This document shows positions 49,611-59,064 of a DNA stretch of 64,000 nucleotides, in pieces. The notes beneath the pieces were generated by a model, which was not told where the DNA came from, made no database searches, and was given only the letters and a program-made list of their open reading frames with translations. Made by a program: the position numbers and the translations under genes. Origin of the DNA: Candidatus Latescibacterota bacterium (lineage in GTDB: Bacteria > Latescibacterota > UBA2968); NCBI GenBank assembly GCA_965214925.1, contig OZ244028.1, positions 709,121 through 773,120 of the forward strand, given 5' to 3'. How positions within the stretch are numbered: the first letter of the stretch is position 1; the number at the start of each line of letters is the position of its first letter.

Positions 49611-50192
49611 GGGGATGCCATTTTTCGCTGTGCCAGATAGTCGCGTTTGATGATGGCGTAAAGTTTCAAATCGCGGAAACGCCCTTTGACAAACGCGACT
49701 TCGCGCAAGATGCCTTCAAAGCGCATCCCGCATTTTTCCATCACGCGGGCAGACCCGATGTTGGGGATTCGGCAACGCGCGTCAATGCGGTTGAGGTTCA
49801 TGTGTTGAAATCCAAAGTCGATCAGTGCGCGCGTCGCCTCGGTCATATACCCCTTGTTCCAATACCCTTTTGATAGCACATAACCGAACGTTGCGCGGTA
49901 GTGTGTTATATCCCATTCACAAAATTCGTTCAGGCCGATCATGTGATTGTCCTGCCGGTGTACAATCGCCCATGGTGCCGGTTGCGCCTGTTTGTAACGG
50001 GTGAGAATCCGACCGATAAATTCCCGCGTGTCATCCGGCGATTTGTGGGCGTCCCATGTGACATAACGCGCGACATTTGGATCGGACGCCCAAGCATAAA
50101 AATCGTCGAGATCGCTTTCACGCAACTTCCGCAACAACAACCGCTCGGTTTTGAGCGGTTGCAAATCCGTGTAAATGTCAGAGATATTCATA
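49607..50192 (-). CDS. GNAT N-acetyltransferase (RimJ/RimL-like)
   Basis: ERLLLRKLRESD... pattern. The start is at MNISDIY; the upstream ORF extension runs into a repeat. Confidence 0.6.
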
Positions 50193-50197
50193 AGGCA

Positions 50198-50294
50198 GTA
50201 AGACGCGAGAAGTGAGAGGCAAGACGTAGGGGGCAACCCTTGTGGTTGCCCGATCATCGTTTCAAGATACAAGACTGACCGCTTCTCACAAGAC
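50198..50294. repeat. short copy (about 95 nt) of the MITE-like repeat, filling the whole GNAT-MFS intergenic space
   Basis: gtaagacgcgagaagtgagagg ... gggcaacccttgtggttgccc ... ttctcacaagac. The MFS stop codon lies inside the terminal repeat. Confidence 0.55.
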
Positions 50295-51461
50295 CCGATT
50301 TCGATGCAGACACAAGAGCGACAGCGTGCCTGCAAGAAAAAAAACAACGCCCGATACAAACAGTGCTGTGCCGAGGGAATACGTGTCATTGATCCAGCCA
50401 ATCACGGGGCCGAGGAGCACGAACATCAGGCGTCCGACGAGGTTTTTGACCGAGAGCACCGTGGCGCGGATTTCCGAATGCACCAAGCGGTTGATGTAGT
50501 CATTGAGTACGGGGCCATTGATGCCGCGCACCAGAGAAAAGGTGAACAAAATCGGCAGGGCCCACAGGGCGTGAAAATGGCTCAAAAGCAAATAGGCTAC
50601 CGACGACAACAGGATGAGCGATATCAATGCCCATCGCCGGCCGAGAAATCTCTCAATGCGATACGCCACCAGCGCGAATACACCGACTGAAAAATTCAAA
50701 ACGGCCCATGCAATGCCAAAATACCGCAGGGGCAGACTGACCGTTTGAAAGTAGGGTTGCACAAACCAGACCATCACAAAGGTCGATAGCCCCACGAGAG
50801 ACGAATAGAGAATCAGCCATTTGATCTCCGCGTGACCGTGCAGCGCGTGGCGCACGATTTTGAGGATGCTTCTAAAGCTGCTCTCGCGCTTCGCAATTCT
50901 ATGTCGCTTTGGCTCAACGAGTGTGCATGCAATGGGCACAGCGAGTATGGTGAGCGCGGCTTCGACATAGAGCGGCGTACGCAAACTGATCAGCGCTAGT
51001 TCCCCGCCAATAATCGCGGCAATACTCTCGGAAAAGTTGCCGACAGAACCCAGGCGGCCAGCGTATTTTTGATAGCTATCTTCTCTTTCGAGTTCGAGTA
51101 AGGTGTCGTAAAGCAGCGCATTGTCTGCCCCCGAGATCAAGCTGCCCCCAACACCGAGCAACGCTTCGACGAGCAAAAATTCCCAAAACGTATAGGCCGT
51201 TGCATACAGTACAAATGCAACGGCCCCAATCGCGCTGCCGATGATGAGGGTAAATTTGCGGCCCATCACATCCGCGACATATCCCGATGGGACTTCAAGC
51301 GCGATGAGCGATGTCGAGAACACCGCTTGCAAAAGCAGGATGTCTTGCATGCCGAGTCCGTTTTCCTGAAAAAATGGAATGAGCACGGGCATGATGAGCA
51401 ACATCCATCTCAGGGCTTTGTGGACATAGAGTTTCCAAATATTGTGGTGGAGGGCGTTCAT
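50286..51461 (-). CDS. MFS transporter
   Basis: 391 aa with 12 hydrophobic helices. Confidence 0.6.
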   Translation of the reverse strand: MNALHHNIWKLYVHKALRWMLLIMPVLIPFFQENGLGMQDILLLQAVFSTSLIALEVPSGYVADVMGRKFTLIIGSAIGAVAFVLYATAYTFWEFLLVEALLGVGGSLISGADNALLYDTLLELEREDSYQKYAGRLGSVGNFSESIAAIIGGELALISLRTPLYVEAALTILAVPIACTLVEPKRHRIAKRESSFRSILKIVRHALHGHAEIKWLILYSSLVGLSTFVMVWFVQPYFQTVSLPLRYFGIAWAVLNFSVGVFALVAYRIERFLGRRWALISLILLSSVAYLLLSHFHALWALPILFTFSLVRGINGPVLNDYINRLVHSEIRATVLSVKNLVGRLMFVLLGPVIGWINDTYSLGTALFVSGVVFFLAGTLSLLCLHRNRVL

Positions 51462-51639
51462 TATTTTTGGTCAATATGCCATCGAAAAAACAATCGAAAA
51501 ACCATGAGATAAAACCATTAACAAAGCCCTCACGCACAGCGCGCAAGTCCGTCTCGCACTACACATCCATCGTGCATCTAACTTTGAAGGCCACTGTCCC
51601 TCGTGCGACCACAAGAGCGATTGACCTGCTGTGACAGTT

Positions 51640-51720
51640 GCCTGCCTGTCGCCTGCCTGCCTACCTCAGGTAGGCCTGCCGAAAGCCCTCGGCGGTAGGC
51701 AGGGCAGACAGGTACCCCGC
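51640..51720. repeat. long imperfect GC-rich palindrome (cctgtcgcctgcctgcctacc ... ggtaggcagggcagacagg)
   Basis: An about 20-bp stem in the GGT-MFS intergenic region. It is related to the CTGTC...GACAG palindromes at 293, 8965 and 13666. Confidence 0.4.
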
Positions 51721-51873
51721 TCGCTTCTTTTTTGCGTGAGGAAAAAAGATGAAAACGCGAGTAATCCGAGCGTTTGACGCCGCACGCCTTAGGCATCAAC
51801 GCATCAAAGGCAACAGACGATGGTTCATCACCAAACGCTTCGGACAAGCAATGCACAATATCCGTAGGTATCT

Positions 51874-53454
51874 TTAATACCCCACCGCCAAACCATCCTT
51901 GCGCGGATCAGAAGCCGCGCAGTAAGCCTCGTCGAGTTTGTAGATGAGTTGGCCCCCGCCGTATCCAATAGACCGCGGGATTTGAATGGCGTGCCCTCGC
52001 GCGCGGAGGTCGTCGAGAACGCTGGCATCTACGCCGGGTTCGATCCCCACGTGTGTGCCGCCCAAGACCTGCCATCGGGGCGCGTCGCAGGCAGCCTGTG
52101 GATTCTGACCATAAGCGAAAATCCGAATCATCATCTGCGCGTGGCCTTGCGGTTGCATGTGCCCTCCCATCACGCCGAATGACATCGCGGGTTGGCCCTC
52201 TCGGGTCGCGAATGCCGGGATGATGGTGTGATAGGGCCGCTTGCCCCCACCCACGCGATTGGGATGGCCTTCTGCAAGGACAAACCCCGCGCCTCGGTTT
52301 TGCATGCTGATCCCCGTATCGGGAATGACAACACCAGAGCCAAAGCCCATGTAATTGGACTGAATGAATGAGACCATCATGCCGTGTTCGTCCGCGGCGG
52401 TGAGATAAACCGTATTGCCGCGCGGCATGCCAAAAGTGGGTGCTTGCGCGCGTTGCAGATCGATTCGCTGGGCGCGATGGGCCAGATAGTCTGGATCGAG
52501 CAATTGCGCGTATTCAATGTCCCGCGCATTGGGATCAGAGACGTATCTGTGCGCGTCGGCATAAGCCAATTTCATCGCTTCGATCTGGAGGTGAAAGCTG
52601 TCTGCCGAGTCAACGGGATACTGGGGCAGATCCCGGTTTTCGAGTATGCCCAGTGCGATGAGTGCCGCAATGCCCTGACCATTTGGTGGCATTTCGTGCA
52701 GGGTGTGATCTTGAAAATCTATGGCCATGGTATCGACCCAATCCGCCCGGTGATCGGCCAGGTCTTCTTCTGTCATCGCGCCGCCGGTATGTTTTGCATG
52801 GGCGGCGATTTTTTCTGCGAGATCGCCCCGGTAAAACGCGTCCCCTCGTGTTTCTGCAATGCGTTCGAGCGTGCGCGCTTGCGCTTCGCATGTAAATTTT
52901 TCGCCAATTCTGGGCGCGCGACCACGGGGCGCAAAGGTCGCCATCCAATTGGGCATATCCCTGTAATGACGCGCGGCGTATGCCCAACTGCGCCCGGTGA
53001 TGGGCGAGACAATAAAGCCATTGCGGGCATAGTGAATCGCGGGTTCAAAGAGTGCTTCAAAGGGCAATTTGCCAAAACGCTCTGAAAGCGCGGCCCATGC
53101 CGAGACACAGCCGGGCACTGTGACCGCGTCCCAACCGCGCTGCGGCATTTGGTCGTGCGCTGCAAATAATTCGGGCGACCAGGCTTTGGGGGAACGCCCA
53201 GATGCGTTGAGCCCGTGGACGCGTTTGCCATCCCACAAGATGCAAAAGGCATCGCTGCCTATGCCATTGCTGGTGGGTTCAACAACACAAAGCGTTATTG
53301 CCGTCGCCAAAGCCGCGTCCGCGGCATTGCCGCCTGCGAGCAACATGCTCATCCCCGCCTGAGCGGCCAGCGGTTGCGAGGTGGCAACGACATTGCGCGC
53401 CATCACGGGCATGCGTTGGGAAGAATACGGAAAAGACCAAGACAGTTCGGGCAT
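51874..53454 (-). CDS. ggt: gamma-glutamyltransferase family protein
   Basis: TTHFSV-like region and the autoprocessing T (GGxxIT... here PYHTIIPAF..., GVMGGHMQPQG). 526 aa. Confidence 0.8.
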   Translation of the reverse strand: MPELSWSFPYSSQRMPVMARNVVATSQPLAAQAGMSMLLAGGNAADAALATAITLCVVEPTSNGIGSDAFCILWDGKRVHGLNASGRSPKAWSPELFAAHDQMPQRGWDAVTVPGCVSAWAALSERFGKLPFEALFEPAIHYARNGFIVSPITGRSWAYAARHYRDMPNWMATFAPRGRAPRIGEKFTCEAQARTLERIAETRGDAFYRGDLAEKIAAHAKHTGGAMTEEDLADHRADWVDTMAIDFQDHTLHEMPPNGQGIAALIALGILENRDLPQYPVDSADSFHLQIEAMKLAYADAHRYVSDPNARDIEYAQLLDPDYLAHRAQRIDLQRAQAPTFGMPRGNTVYLTAADEHGMMVSFIQSNYMGFGSGVVIPDTGISMQNRGAGFVLAEGHPNRVGGGKRPYHTIIPAFATREGQPAMSFGVMGGHMQPQGHAQMMIRIFAYGQNPQAACDAPRWQVLGGTHVGIEPGVDASVLDDLRARGHAIQIPRSIGYGGGQLIYKLDEAYCAASDPRKDGLAVGY

Positions 53455-53475
53455 GGGATCGCATCTCCTGCGATA

Positions 53476-53919
53476 TCAGTTCAAGTTGATTTCTTTGAGT
53501 CGCTCCGCAACCTGATTCTTCAGGTCGTCGCTGTCAATGGGTGCGTGCAGGGGTTCTGTGAAATTGAGGCGGTACCCATTGGGATCTATCACTATGACCT
53601 CTCGCGCATTCCATGGGCGGTTGTGTGGTCCGGAAATCTGGACATTGCCATGGCGTCGCACCCGTTTGGCAAGCGCGTCAACCGATTCGCGCAGCACTGT
53701 AAAATTGAGTGTGACGCCCGCGCCTCTGATCGTCGCTCTCAATGCGTTTGGCCCTTCCTCTATCAGAATCAGATCCGCATGAGGTGCCCAGCGCAAGTGC
53801 GACATAATGGGATCGCCATGGGCGCCGGGCATTTGTGAGATCAGAGAGAAACCGAGGGTATCGCAATACCAGCGCGTAGATATCTTGAGGTCATTGACCA
53901 TCAGCGTTGTGTAGGACGG
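53476..53919 (-). CDS. VOC/glyoxalase-bleomycin-resistance family protein
   Basis: About 148 aa. The start is at MPSYTTLMVNDL; the upstream ORF extension is MITE sequence. Confidence 0.55.
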   Translation of the reverse strand, partial: PSYTTLMVNDLKISTRWYCDTLGFSLISQMPGAHGDPIMSHLRWAPHADLILIEEGPNALRATIRGAGVTLNFTVLRESVDALAKRVRRHGNVQISGPHNRPWNAREVIVIDPNGYRLNFTEPLHAPIDSDDLKNQVAERLKEINLN

Positions 53920-53982
53920 CATTTGGTAGTCGAGATCGGGTTCCACCTGCGTGTCCTTTCTCCCGTGAGGGATTAAATATTG

Positions 53983-54333
53983 TGAGAGGTAAGACGCGAG
54001 ACGTGAGCACAGGCGTAGCACTGGATTAAGGCGTTCCAGTGCAGGCTCTGCAACGCAGCGGTGGGTGTACAACTGGCCGTTTTTCAGGCCAGTTCACCAA
54101 GTAACGCCACCCAACCCCAAGTAGCCAGCCAGTGGTCAGCAACCAGCAGTCCATGTAGGGGCAACCCCTTGTGGTTGCCCGATCATCATTTCATGATACA
54201 AGACGCGAGACGCAAAATCCACGAAGGACACGGGTGTTGTGCAACTGCGATAGCAATTCACAGATGAACATGGATGAAAGGCGAGAGGTAGAGGTGGTGT
54301 CCCCGTGCCCGCTCCTACTTCTCACGTCTTACC
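53983..54333. repeat. composite MITE-like element (about 350 nt) with TIRs GTGAGAGGTAAGACGCGAGACGTGAG / CTTCTCACGTCTTACC
   Basis: Contains the conserved 95%-identical core shared with 22616-22670 and the gggcaacccc ttgtggttgccc palindromic core shared with 8197 and 50225. Confidence 0.6.
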
Positions 54334-54383
54334 GGGGTGGTGTTGGGCGGGGGTTGACCGCTGGCCGCTAAAAGCTGACGACT

Positions 54384-54415
54384 AAAAAAACCCGCCGAAG
54401 CAAATTCAGCGGGTT
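54384..54415 (-). terminator. rho-independent terminator (aacccgc...gcgggtt then T7 on the minus strand)
   Basis: A stem-loop followed by a U-tract when read on the minus strand. Downstream of the minus-strand genes. Confidence 0.5.
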
Positions 54416-54785
54416 CGTTTTGGATAGACTGTTGTTTGCATTTAAGTCTGTATCATAAGAACCCGCCCGCATGCCTTTGTGGTTACGCCATGCCCCATAA
54501 AAGTTGCGAGATTGAGCCCACTTTCCGCGGATATCTGACCATTGGCACGAGCAGATGATATCCGCGCATTTGAACTGTTGTCGCAGGCCTGTTCAGCTAT
54601 TTTTTCGCAGGGCTTCAGGGCAAGGCTCAAGGCAGGATCGTACGCCTCTTGTCGGGGGTCATCAATCGGGTGGGGTGATAAAGTCACGTTGCGATCTCAT
54701 GCATGATGGTGAACAGAATGGATTAGGCGCAGAAGATATAGCGGGGATTGGGTAAAGTCAAGCGGGTTTTTGCAAAAAATTGGCA

Positions 54786-55009
54786 TCATTTTTTCCCATA
54801 CAGATATTTGTCGTGATACCGGGCGACTTCTGCATCCTCTCCTTCTGCGATGCCTACAATATCCCACAAGAAATCGTCTTTCTTTGGGATCTGAATTTGT
54901 AAAGGGATACCTTCTTTTTTCCCAGTTCCGCCACAAGGAACTGCATCAACTTAAACTGATCTGCATGGGGGAGAGATTTAACGATTGGAATGACATCAGT
55001 GATCGTCAT
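54786..55009 (-). pseudogene. small antitoxin-like gene (DUF2281-like LP-helix N-terminus), frameshifted at a T6/A6 run
   Basis: ATG at 55009 has a GAGG SD and a TTGAAG/TATATT promoter-like sequence. Frame A reads MTITDVIPIVKSLPHADQFKLMQFLVAELGKK. The conserved-looking C-terminus ...PKKDDFLWDIVGIAEGEDAEVARYHDKYLYGKK* lies in the +2 frame after the A6 run. Confidence 0.4.
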
Positions 55010-55186
55010 GGCATACCTCAGATAAATGGCCTCGCAAAAAATGGCTCACTATACAAGAATACAAGACAGTGCAGGAGCAGACTTCTTTAAGCATTTTCTG
55101 GGCAGACTGCATAACAAAAAATATAGCATCACGAGTGGTTCTTCAAATAAATTCGATTACGTTTTTTTTCGGTGCTTTTATTGTCT

Positions 55187-55246
55187 GGATTCCAGCGTTC
55201 GCGGGAATGTCCGTTGCTCGTCACTCCTGCTTTCGCAGGAGTCCAG
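55187..55246. repeat. pair of REP-like hairpins (ggattccagcgttcgcgggaatg and gtcactcctgctttcgcaggagtccag)
   Basis: Related to the pair at 42707-42775. Confidence 0.5.
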
Positions 55247-55291
55247 TAGGTTAAGTCAATAAACTGATTTGAATAACCAGTAAATCGCTCG

Positions 55292-56182
55292 TCAAAAGTC
55301 CTTTCCCATCCCCTGACAGATTTGGATAACGGATCTGCTCATTCCCTGTTGCGCGTCTGAGGGCGGAGGCTTTTGGTGAAAGGTGAGATCGGCAAACGCG
55401 CCCGTGACTTTGCTGCGCGTGTTGTCCGAGTCGGACATGAGATAGACGCGCACAATTTCAGCGGGTTCTTCTTTGGGATAAAAGCGTTTGAAATCGCGAT
55501 AAAAATTGCGCGATTCGCCGACCCATTGGTTGGCGTTTTGGTCACCACTTTCCGCGACAATGCGATACCACTTGAATTTGAGCACCCATGGCACCACGGT
55601 TGTAACCTGCGTGAGCGCGGTGTCTTCGGGGAGGGTGCGCGTCCAGAGGTAGGCGATTTCCCGCAGGTCCCCTTTGGTGTTGAGAACGGAAATCCCGACC
55701 TTGGCGGCAAAATCATCGCCCGATTTCTGGATTTCGCCTTTGCGATTGGCCGTTTGCCTGTCGTCAATGGTGTTGCTGACGCGCCAACGCCACGAAATGT
55801 AGGGATATTCAGTGGCAGAGATGAGGTCATGTTGATCCTGAGCTTGTTTGCGGATGTTTTTTTCAAATCCCCTAGGCGGTCGGTCGCAGCGTTTGATCCA
55901 ATCCTGACCGCGATCAACGGGCAAAGCCGTGCCGTTTTTTGTCGGCACCTGCCAGAAGAGCGCGGCCGCATGATCGCTGTGAATCGCAAACACGCCATTC
56001 TGATGCTGTGCCGTGACATTTTCGCGGCATTTGTCCCAATCGCGGCGAAGCCAGTCCGCGCCCATATTTACGGCAACGCGGTCTTGTGCTTGTACAATGC
56101 ATGGAAAAATGGCGAAGATCAAAAGGCTCGTCTTGAGCAGTGTCGAAGGACTTGTCTTGAGCGAAAGAACAATGCGAATCAC
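55292..56182 (-). CDS. DUF3047-like secreted protein
   Basis: Signal peptide after a GTG at 56182. The YPYISWRWRV segment is typical of DUF3047. The start is uncertain; the ORF extends to 56338. Confidence 0.4.
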   Translation of the reverse strand: MIRIVLSLKTSPSTLLKTSLLIFAIFPCIVQAQDRVAVNMGADWLRRDWDKCRENVTAQHQNGVFAIHSDHAAALFWQVPTKNGTALPVDRGQDWIKRCDRPPRGFEKNIRKQAQDQHDLISATEYPYISWRWRVSNTIDDRQTANRKGEIQKSGDDFAAKVGISVLNTKGDLREIAYLWTRTLPEDTALTQVTTVVPWVLKFKWYRIVAESGDQNANQWVGESRNFYRDFKRFYPKEEPAEIVRVYLMSDSDNTRSKVTGAFADLTFHQKPPPSDAQQGMSRSVIQICQGMGKDF

Positions 56183-56352
56183 GGGGCTACCTTTTGTTAA
56201 GTTCTGAGAAGTGTTTAGGTTGTGTTGCCGACCACAACGGCAAAATGCACAAACTGACAGTTTGTGCCACACCCGCTCGCCGCTTTGATCGCAGCACAAA
56301 CGGTTCGTTTGCGTGATTGGAACGACCCGCAACAGCAAAATGGCAACACGAT

Positions 56353-56667
56353 CTAGAACCGAAGTGTGGCGATAGCTGATAGGTTTCCGTTGCGATCAGG
56401 TGCCAGACCCATTGAGAAATTGCGAATTTGAATCTCATAGGCAGCGCGGGACCGCTCGGACATGATCGTAGCCCCGACGAGCGGGCAGATAAGCAGAGAG
56501 GGCCAAAGTATTCCATTTGTGGCCCCTGTCATTAAAAAACCTGCTCCGGCTCCCAAGAGGCTGCCTCCTATTGTATTGCTGAGTTGATCATGTGAATCAA
56601 CTATGCTCACACCCATCGCTACGCCGAGTGTATAGCCAACTGCGAAACCTAACACAATAGGTCCCAA
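56353..56667 (-). CDS. small glycine-zipper membrane protein
   Basis: 104 aa, with a TTG start and AGGA SD, and GxxxG-rich helices (GVAMGV, GAGAGFLMTGA). Confidence 0.4.
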   Translation of the reverse strand: MGPIVLGFAVGYTLGVAMGVSIVDSHDQLSNTIGGSLLGAGAGFLMTGATNGILWPSLLICPLVGATIMSERSRAAYEIQIRNFSMGLAPDRNGNLSAIATLRF

Positions 56668-56855
56668 GTGACATCCTAGATCGCCATATCCACAATCTTC
56701 CGTATCAGCCGCGGCACCGCCAAATGCCCCAGCGAATCCGAGAGTGCCCCTCCAAGCGTACCGCTGAGCAACTTTTTGGCAATACGGACTGGTCTATTCT
56801 TATCCTCTTTGTCCATCTTATGCCCCTGGGCAATGACCCGCTTGGCACGCTGAAG

Positions 56856-57272
56856 TTAATTCGAATTATCGCAAACCATCAGAACGTCAATCCTATCCAG
56901 CGGAATTATTTTTCGCAAACCGCCCCGATAAATCGTCAACTCGGCGTCATCCATTGATCGGACAAACCCCTCTGCGATCTCGGTCTTGCCATATTCTTCT
57001 CGGTACGTCACCTCAACGTATCGGCCCTTGGCGACGACCACTTGCCGGGCGCGTTCTCCGACATACCGATCAACGCCAGCAATCCCCTCGGGTTGATCAT
57101 TTTGAGCATTGTTCTCTGTGTCAGCATTGTCATTTTTATGTGCATAACTGCCTCCCAACAGCACTGGCTTGGATGGATGGAACGACTGAGCACGCATCGC
57201 ATTGAAAGCATCTCCTGATGCGGCTGAAAAACTCATCGCGAGTAAGCCGAATGGGATGCAAAATATTCTCAT
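56856..57272 (-). CDS. secreted protein of unknown function
   Basis: 138 aa with a signal peptide. Confidence 0.4.
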   Translation of the reverse strand: MRIFCIPFGLLAMSFSAASGDAFNAMRAQSFHPSKPVLLGGSYAHKNDNADTENNAQNDQPEGIAGVDRYVGERARQVVVAKGRYVEVTYREEYGKTEIAEGFVRSMDDAELTIYRGGLRKIIPLDRIDVLMVCDNSN

Positions 57273-57420
57273 GGAATCACCTCATCTTTGGGTTGACACA
57301 CTGTGCGAGTGGTCTGCCTGTGTGAATTAAAACCACACATGTAGAAAGAATGCCACACTTATGCGCGGTTTTAACGGGAATTTTGTTCAATATCGGGATA
57401 CGTGCAATTTCTGTTCCAAA

Positions 57421-57457
57421 AAAATAAAAAGCGCGACGGGAAAAAAACCCGCCGCGC
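57421..57457 (-). terminator. rho-independent terminator ending the sigma/anti-sigma/LTXXQ operon
   Basis: gcgcggcggg-ttttttt-cccgtcgcgc stem followed by T-rich sequence on the minus strand. Confidence 0.55.
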
Positions 57458-57485
57458 TGTTGCGGTCAAGCGACAAACTGAGGCA

Positions 57486-58085
57486 CTATTTTTTTGATGG
57501 CTGATGCTCAGGTGCTTCTTTCGTGTCAGATTGATGTTCTGACCGGTCATGATCATGCATCCAGCCTCGGTGCCCGCGGAAGCCACCGCGTCCTCTGAAC
57601 CCGTAACCGCCGCGCCCGCGAAACCCTTTGCGCCCCTTTTGCATGAGGTGTCTGTCACCGAGTTTCTCCCGTTGTTCGGGGGTGAGGGCGTTTTTTACTT
57701 CCACGCCGCGCTGAATTTCGCGCGCGAGAACTTTGCCCTTGGCCGCCATCAGCGCATCGACCTTCGCTTGAATGTCAGAGGCTGTTGGATTGTCCTGATT
57801 GCGGAGATCGCGCGCATCAACCATCGCTTTTTTGGCTGCCGCGTGCAAATCGATCAGGGCTTTTTCATGCTTGGACTTGATGTCCTGCATCTTTTCCTTT
57901 TGCTCGTCTGTCAGGTCCAGATTCGCCATAGCGCGCTTGTACATGCGTTTGCTCCTTGTCATATCCAGGTTCGCCATGGCGTGCATCCGCCTGTGTTTGC
58001 CCCTTTGAACTACTGCTCGCGTTACAAAAGCCACGCATCCAATGACGAGAACGCCGATGAGTGCATAGAGAATTTTGCGTTTCAT
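57486..58085 (-). CDS. LTXXQ-motif (Spy/CpxP family) periplasmic protein with an RG-rich C-terminal tail
   Basis: N-terminal TM helix. LDLTDEQKEKM and LTPEQREKL motifs. Tail GFRGRGGYGFRGRGGFRGHRG. Confidence 0.55.
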   Translation of the reverse strand: MKRKILYALIGVLVIGCVAFVTRAVVQRGKHRRMHAMANLDMTRSKRMYKRAMANLDLTDEQKEKMQDIKSKHEKALIDLHAAAKKAMVDARDLRNQDNPTASDIQAKVDALMAAKGKVLAREIQRGVEVKNALTPEQREKLGDRHLMQKGRKGFRGRGGYGFRGRGGFRGHRGWMHDHDRSEHQSDTKEAPEHQPSKK

Positions 58086-58196
58086 TGTGCTTACTCCTCG
58101 TGTGTGAACAGCAGCGAATCGTGCTGTCTATTTGTGGTGAAAAGCGACTATAACCCTCTGCCGCGCTCATGCCGGCTCGTGTTCACAGCGCGAAGG

Positions 58197-58646
58197 TTAT
58201 GGACTGCGGTGGGGGCCGGGTGGAGGGCCTCCGGGAGGACCGCGACGGCCGCCACCTCGACCGCGAAATCCCCGGTGTTTGTTTCTTTCTTCAAATAATT
58301 CAAATTGCTCAGGCGTGAGAATGGTTTGGAGTTTTTCGCGCAGTTTTTGCTCCTGCAAATGCATGTGTTCGCCAATTTGCCGCCGCATGTTTTCGATTTC
58401 TTCGTGGTTTTCTCGGAACGCAATCTGGACAGCTTTTTTTTGTTCGTCCGAGAGTTCGAGATGATGGCTGAGTCGTTCGACCACGCGCGCATAAGGGCTG
58501 AGTCGTTCAACGCGCGGGTACGGACGCCCGCGCGGGCCGGGTGCGCGCAAAAATCTGCGTTCGGCAATCGCGCCACACACCAATCCAATGGCAAAAATGC
58601 CGAGAAAAAAGAGAATGGCCTGTGTGCGAGGTGAAAACGAAAGCAT
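58197..58646 (-). CDS. LTXXQ-motif (Spy/CpxP family) periplasmic protein with an RG/Pro-rich tail
   Basis: N-terminal TM helix. LELSDEQKKAV and LTPEQFELF motifs. Tail RGFRGRGGGRRGPPGGPPPGP. Confidence 0.55.
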   Translation of the reverse strand: MLSFSPRTQAILFFLGIFAIGLVCGAIAERRFLRAPGPRGRPYPRVERLSPYARVVERLSHHLELSDEQKKAVQIAFRENHEEIENMRRQIGEHMHLQEQKLREKLQTILTPEQFELFEERNKHRGFRGRGGGRRGPPGGPPPGPHRSP

Positions 58647-58655
58647 GGCAAGTCC

Positions 58656-59060
58656 CTATTCAGAATAGATGATCAGGCTGTCTGTTTGGGTTTCTGACAG
58701 AACCCATTCGGTTTGCGAATCGAAATAATCCGCGACAGTGACCGTATTGGCTTCGGTATTTGCATTGCCCATCAGCGCCATGAAGATAACAGCAGCAGCA
58801 GCGGTCAATGGCATCAGGCGTTTGCCCGCCCAAGCCATACTGCCCCACAGGCTTTCTGCCCGGATACGCGCTTGAATGCCATCCCACAACCCAGGCGAGG
58901 GGTGCGGTGGACGCTGGCGCAGGCGTTTCTGGATATGGCGGTGCAAGTTGTATTCCGCGCGCAGGTCTGCATTTTCATGGATGCGCGCGTTGATTTCGCG
59001 CGCGTGTTCCGCAGACAGGTTGTCGTCAATATGGTGCAACAATTTATCGCGGTCGGTCAT
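58656..59060 (-). CDS. putative anti-sigma factor (single TM helix)
   Basis: The start is 4 nt after the sigma stop, with its SD inside the sigma 3' end. N-terminal cytoplasmic helix, central TM helix (LTAAAAVIFMALMG) and a short periplasmic tail. No zinc-finger Cys. Confidence 0.45.
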   Translation of the reverse strand: MTDRDKLLHHIDDNLSAEHAREINARIHENADLRAEYNLHRHIQKRLRQRPPHPSPGLWDGIQARIRAESLWGSMAWAGKRLMPLTAAAAVIFMALMGNANTEANTVTVADYFDSQTEWVLSETQTDSLIIYSE

Positions 59061-59064
59061 AATT

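Noticed and set aside
51578-51856. 92-aa minus-strand ORF in the GGT-MFS intergenic region
   Set aside because: It spans the long GC palindrome, has no start context, and shows no protein-like features.
54442-54687. 81-aa minus-strand ORF as a possible PIN toxin partner of the small antitoxin-like gene
   Set aside because: It has no PIN acidic tetrad, no start context, and Ser/Ala/Asn low complexity. The other frames in 54420-54786 are also broken by stops.
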